Under the pieces are notes generated by a model. That model searched no databases. It had not been told where the DNA came from and worked only from the letters and a program-made list of their open reading frames with translations. Positions 7,453-10,909 of a stretch of 10,909 bases of DNA are shown piece by piece. Every line of letters begins with the position of its first letter. Position 1 is the first letter of the stretch. The DNA is from Candidatus Eiseniibacteriota bacterium. Lineage in GTDB: Bacteria > Eisenbacteria > RBG-16-71-46. The position numbers and the translations under genes were made by a program. The DNA lies in NCBI GenBank assembly GCA_031370785.1, contig JANMQY010000117.1:1-10909 (forward strand). The letters are read 5' to 3'.

Positions 7453-8457
7453 TCAGGCTTCGCCTTCCACCGTCGCGCCTGGGGTCTGGAACAAGGTGAT
7501 CCAGCGCTCCGGATCCACGTTGCCGCCCGAGACCAGCGCCACCACCAGCGCGCCTTCGCGCATCCGGACCTTGCCCGCGGTCACCGCCGCGGTCGCCGCG
7601 GCGCCCGATCCTTCGACGTAGAGCTTGGCGCGTGTCGCCAGCGTTCGCATGGCTTCGCGGATCTCCTCCTCGGTGACGGTGACGATCTCATCCACGCATT
7701 CGCGCGCGACCGCGAGCGGAATGGCGCCGACGAACGGTGGCGTCATCCCGTCCGCCAGCGTGTCGGTTGGGCGCGAGACCGGAACCGGTTTCCCGGCGGC
7801 GATCGCGGGCCCCATGCCGGGCCCCTCGGCGAGCTCGACGGCGATCACCCGACAGCGCGGGCGCACGGCCTTGACCGCCGAGGCGACGCCCGCCATCAGG
7901 CCCCCACCTCCGACCGGCACCACCACCGCGTTCACTTCGGGCGCCTCCGCCAGGATTTCGAGCGCCACCGTTCCTGCGCCGGCAATTCCGATCGGGTCGT
8001 CGAACGGATGAATGAAGGTCGCGCCGGTGCGCTCGCGTTCGGCCTCGAGGCGGTCGAACACGGTCTTTCGGTCGTCATGCAGAATGACTTCGGCCCCGTA
8101 GCCCCGCACCGCGTCGATCTTCGAGCGCGGCGCACCCGAGGGCATCACCACCGTGCACGCCGCCTGAACGTGACGCGCCGCCCATGCCACGGCCTGAGCG
8201 TGATTGCCCGCCGAGACCGTGATCAGGCCCCGCTCGCGCTCCGCGTTCGAAAGCGAGAGCACGATGTTGAGGGCGCCGCGCGGCTTGAACGATCCGGTCT
8301 TCTGAAAGCTCTCGCACTTGAGCAGCAGCCGCACCTTCGCGCCCGCGCCAAGGGCGCTCGCGGAGAGCAGCGGCGTGCGATGCAGCAGGCCGTCGAGCCG
8401 CGCCGCAGCGGCGCGAATGTCGTCGATCCGAACGCGGCCCAGGGAAGGTGGCGACAT
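7453..8457 (-). CDS. PLP-dependent fold-type II serine/threonine dehydratase / serine racemase family enzyme without an ACT domain, 334 aa
   Basis: Motifs RTPL, LKCESFQKTGSFKPRGA (PLP lysine), SAGNHAQ, HPFDD, PVGGGGL, EGSGA and SGGN. The real start is ATG 8457 (MSPPSLG...), which overlaps the cydB stop as TGATG. The 679-aa ORF call is an out-of-frame extension across cydB. Confidence 0.9.
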   Translation of the reverse strand: MSPPSLGRVRIDDIRAAAARLDGLLHRTPLLSASALGAGAKVRLLLKCESFQKTGSFKPRGALNIVLSLSNAERERGLITVSAGNHAQAVAWAARHVQAACTVVMPSGAPRSKIDAVRGYGAEVILHDDRKTVFDRLEAERERTGATFIHPFDDPIGIAGAGTVALEILAEAPEVNAVVVPVGGGGLMAGVASAVKAVRPRCRVIAVELAEGPGMGPAIAAGKPVPVSRPTDTLADGMTPPFVGAIPLAVARECVDEIVTVTEEEIREAMRTLATRAKLYVEGSGAAATAAVTAGKVRMREGALVVALVSGGNVDPERWITLFQTPGATVEGEA

Positions 8458-9503
8458 CAGTACCCTTCCCCTTCGCCTGCGGCGACCGCCTTGTCGCGAT
8501 GAATCCGGAACAGGACCACGAAGTAGAGCACGACGAGCGGAAAACCGATCGACCACCAGACCAGCGCGGTGCGCAGGCCAGCGACCGTCGAGCCCGCGTT
8601 GAATGCGGTGATGCTGCGCGCCGGATCCCCGATCGAGCGCAGCAGTGTCGGAAAAAGGCACGCGGCGGTCGCGAGCAGCAACCCGGCGAGGAATGCGCTG
8701 GAGCCAAGGAAGGCGACCAGCGACCGCCTGGTGAGGGTTGCGCGGATCGTGAAACCCAGACCGCCGATGGCGAGCGCCAGCCCGAGCCAGGCGAGCGGAC
8801 GATGCGGCAACGCTGCGAAGAGCGCCGGGTTCACCGCGTTCGTGACCAGCGTGGTGAGCGGCCACAGGACCGCGAGTCCCGCGAACAGGGCAAGCGAGAG
8901 CCGGCGGCTGCGCTCGTGTACCGGCCCGGTGGTGCGCCAGGCGAGAAACGCCGCGCCATGGCCCGCGATCGCAATCAGCGCGAAGACTCCGGCGAGCACC
9001 GTGTAGGCATCGAGGATCCCGACCGGATCGCGCGGGAGGAATGAAGTGAACAGGGTGAGCTGGAACCAACCCTCGGCGGTGAGCGGCACGCCGCGGATCA
9101 CGTTGCCGAGCGCCGCGCCGAACAGCACGGGCAGCGATGCGCTCGCCAGCGCGAACAGCCCGTCCCAGAATCGACGCCACAGCGGCTCGCGCAGGTGACT
9201 GCGGAACTCGATCGCGATCGCGCGCAGGATCAGGCACCACACCACGAGGAACATGGCGAGGTAGAACCCCGACAGGCCGGCCGCGAGCACCCCCGGGAAT
9301 GCGACGAACAGCGCGCCGGCTGCGGCAATGAGCCAGACCTCGTTGGCGTCCCAGTACGGACCGATCGCGGCGAGCACAGTGCGTCGCTCCTGATCGGTTC
9401 GCGCCACCACGAGGTGAAGAGCGCCGGCCCCCAGGTCGTAGCCATCGAGTACGACGTACAGAGTGAGCATCACCGCGACGATGGCGAACCACAGCTCAAA
9501 CAT
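8457..9503 (-). CDS. cydB: Cytochrome bd quinol oxidase subunit II, 348 aa
   Basis: Motifs LYVVLDGYDLGAG, IGPYWDANEVWL, LFVAFP, LILRAIAIEFR and GAALGNVIRGVP, with multiple transmembrane helices. ATG 9503 has GAGGT upstream and overlaps the cydA stop by 8 nt (ATGTTTGA). Confidence 0.95.
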   Translation of the reverse strand: MFELWFAIVAVMLTLYVVLDGYDLGAGALHLVVARTDQERRTVLAAIGPYWDANEVWLIAAAGALFVAFPGVLAAGLSGFYLAMFLVVWCLILRAIAIEFRSHLREPLWRRFWDGLFALASASLPVLFGAALGNVIRGVPLTAEGWFQLTLFTSFLPRDPVGILDAYTVLAGVFALIAIAGHGAAFLAWRTTGPVHERSRRLSLALFAGLAVLWPLTTLVTNAVNPALFAALPHRPLAWLGLALAIGGLGFTIRATLTRRSLVAFLGSSAFLAGLLLATAACLFPTLLRSIGDPARSITAFNAGSTVAGLRTALVWWSIGFPLVVLYFVVLFRIHRDKAVAAGEGEGY

Positions 9504-10869
9504 GGTCGGACCTCGCCCGCGCTCCGGCCGAGCTCTCCCCCGCGCCGGCGGGCCGGGGCGGCGGGCCGTTCGAGATCTCGCGCATGATGAGGAACAGGAA
9601 CAGCAGTCCGAGCACGAAGTAGAGCCCGGCAAAGCCGATGAGCGTGAACAGCGCACTGCCCGGGTGAACCAGCGGACTCGCAGCCCGTGTGGTGCGAAGC
9701 AGGCCATAGACCACCCATGGCTGGCGGCCCAGCTCGGTCGTGAGCCACCCCGCGGCGTTCGCGATGTACGGGAATGGGAACGCCAGCATCAGCACCCACA
9801 GCAGGGGACGATGGCGCTCGAGCCGGCCGCGGGCGTGAAACACGGCGGCCACCAGCATCACCGTGATGAAGATCGTTCCGAGTCCGACCATGATATGGAA
9901 GCAGTAGTAGAGCAGCTCGATGTTGTCGGGCCACACCTCGCGCGGAAACGCATTCAGTCCGGGAACGCTGGTGTGAAACGTTCCGAATGCGAGGAAGCTC
10001 AGCATGCCCGGCACCTGGAGCGGGTTGTCGATTCGCCGCCCGGCGACGTCGGGCTGGCCGATGAGGGTGATCCGCGCGTACGGACCACTCTCGAAGCGTC
10101 CCTCCATCGCGGCGAGAGCGACCGGCTGGTGGCGGGCGACCAGCTTCGCCTGCTGGTCGCCGGTCGGGAACGCGACGAGGACGCTCGAGAGCAGCCCGGC
10201 GACGACGCCGACGGAGAGAAAGCGTCGCGCATGCTCCAGATGGAGGCGGCGCAGCGCATAGAAGGCGCCGACCGCTGAGACCACGAACGAGGCGGTGACG
10301 ACGCTGGCCATCATGGTGTGCGCGTACTGCGCGATCGCCCACGGGTTGAGCACGAACGCTCCGAAGTCCGCCAGCACCAGGCGCCCGCCCTCTCCGATCG
10401 CGTGTCCGACCGGCCGCTGCATGAACGCGTTCGTCGCCACGATGAAGTAGCCCGAGAGCCAGCTACCGACGAACAGCGCGAGCGATGAGAACCAGTGCCC
10501 GATGCGTCCGAGGCGCGACTCGCCCGCCACCAGGAGCGCGAGACAACTCGATTCGAGGAAGAACGCGAACAGCCCTTCCATCGCCAGCGTGTGCCCGACG
10601 ATGTTGCCCGCGAAGCGCGAGAACACTGCCCAGTTGGTGCCGAACTGGAACTCCATCGGGATGCCGGTGACGACGCCGAGTCCGAAGTTGATGCCGAAGA
10701 TGCGGATCCAGAATCGCGCCGAATCGTTCCAGCCTTCGCCGCCCGGTCGCAATCCGAGCGTCTTCATCACGAACACGAGCAGCGCGAGCCCCATCGTGAG
10801 CTGGGGAAAGATGTAGTGGTAGGTCGCGGTGAACGCGAACTGAAGGCGATGCCAGAATGCGACGTCCAA
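9496..10869 (-). CDS. cydA: Cytochrome bd quinol oxidase subunit I, short Q-loop type, 457 aa
   Basis: Motifs RLQFAFTATYHYIF (His18, equivalent to E. coli H19), EFQFGTNW, EGLFAFFLES (E99/E107 equivalents), a His186-equivalent in YAHT, FHIMVG (M393 equivalent) and GWLTTELGRQPW. TTG start with GAGGAG 5 nt upstream. Confidence 0.96.
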   Translation of the reverse strand: MDVAFWHRLQFAFTATYHYIFPQLTMGLALLVFVMKTLGLRPGGEGWNDSARFWIRIFGINFGLGVVTGIPMEFQFGTNWAVFSRFAGNIVGHTLAMEGLFAFFLESSCLALLVAGESRLGRIGHWFSSLALFVGSWLSGYFIVATNAFMQRPVGHAIGEGGRLVLADFGAFVLNPWAIAQYAHTMMASVVTASFVVSAVGAFYALRRLHLEHARRFLSVGVVAGLLSSVLVAFPTGDQQAKLVARHQPVALAAMEGRFESGPYARITLIGQPDVAGRRIDNPLQVPGMLSFLAFGTFHTSVPGLNAFPREVWPDNIELLYYCFHIMVGLGTIFITVMLVAAVFHARGRLERHRPLLWVLMLAFPFPYIANAAGWLTTELGRQPWVVYGLLRTTRAASPLVHPGSALFTLIGFAGLYFVLGLLFLFLIMREISNGPPPRPAGAGESSAGARARSDHV

Positions 10870-10909
10870 TGACTCTCCTCTCGGAGCCGGAAGCTCGGGG
10901 TCGCGGGCG

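Noticed and set aside
8440..8470. Possible small cydX/cydS subunit gene after cydB
   Set aside because: There is no room because the cydB stop overlaps the next start. Short Q-loop bd oxidases often lack CydX.
7453..9492. 679-aa ORF suggesting a long N-terminal fusion to the dehydratase
   Set aside because: The first half is an Arg/Pro-rich alternative frame over cydB. Family similarity begins at ATG 8457, which is coupled to the cydB stop.
1123..10872. Many long antisense or alternative-frame ORFs (1123-2103, 2242-2904, 2768-3622, 3981-5231, 4643-5875, 6423-7499, 7405-8502, 9463-10278, 9470-10342 and others)
   Set aside because: They overlap well-supported genes, are Arg/Ala/Pro/His-rich and show no family motifs. 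Such shadow ORFs are expected in high-GC DNA where stop codons are rare.

Overview
GC-rich bacterial chromosomal window with mostly housekeeping and stress genes; no rRNA, tRNA, CRISPR array or mobile element is visible. From left to right: (+) a 5'-truncated TLC/NTT-like MFS membrane protein fused to HEAT-like repeats; (-) a secreted M48 zinc metallopeptidase followed by a ChrR-type NAD(P)H-dependent FMN reductase, behind a candidate sigma-54 promoter with an adjacent palindrome; (+) a divergent cbpA-cbpM DnaJ chaperone/modulator pair; (+) a remnant of an adenylation (AMP-binding) enzyme gene that is internally deleted and frameshifted, and that the ORF track does not show as such; (-) a tightly coupled operon of cydA, cydB, a PLP-dependent Ser/Thr dehydratase-family gene and an ornithine cyclodeaminase/mu-crystallin-family gene. 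I cannot show a clearly new system from the sequence alone. The best leads are the dehydratase plus imine-reductase pair coupled to cytochrome bd, the CydA lacking the conserved quinol-site lysine, the adenylation-domain remnant, and the sigma-54-like regulatory region. All family calls come from motif recognition by eye, not from database searches.
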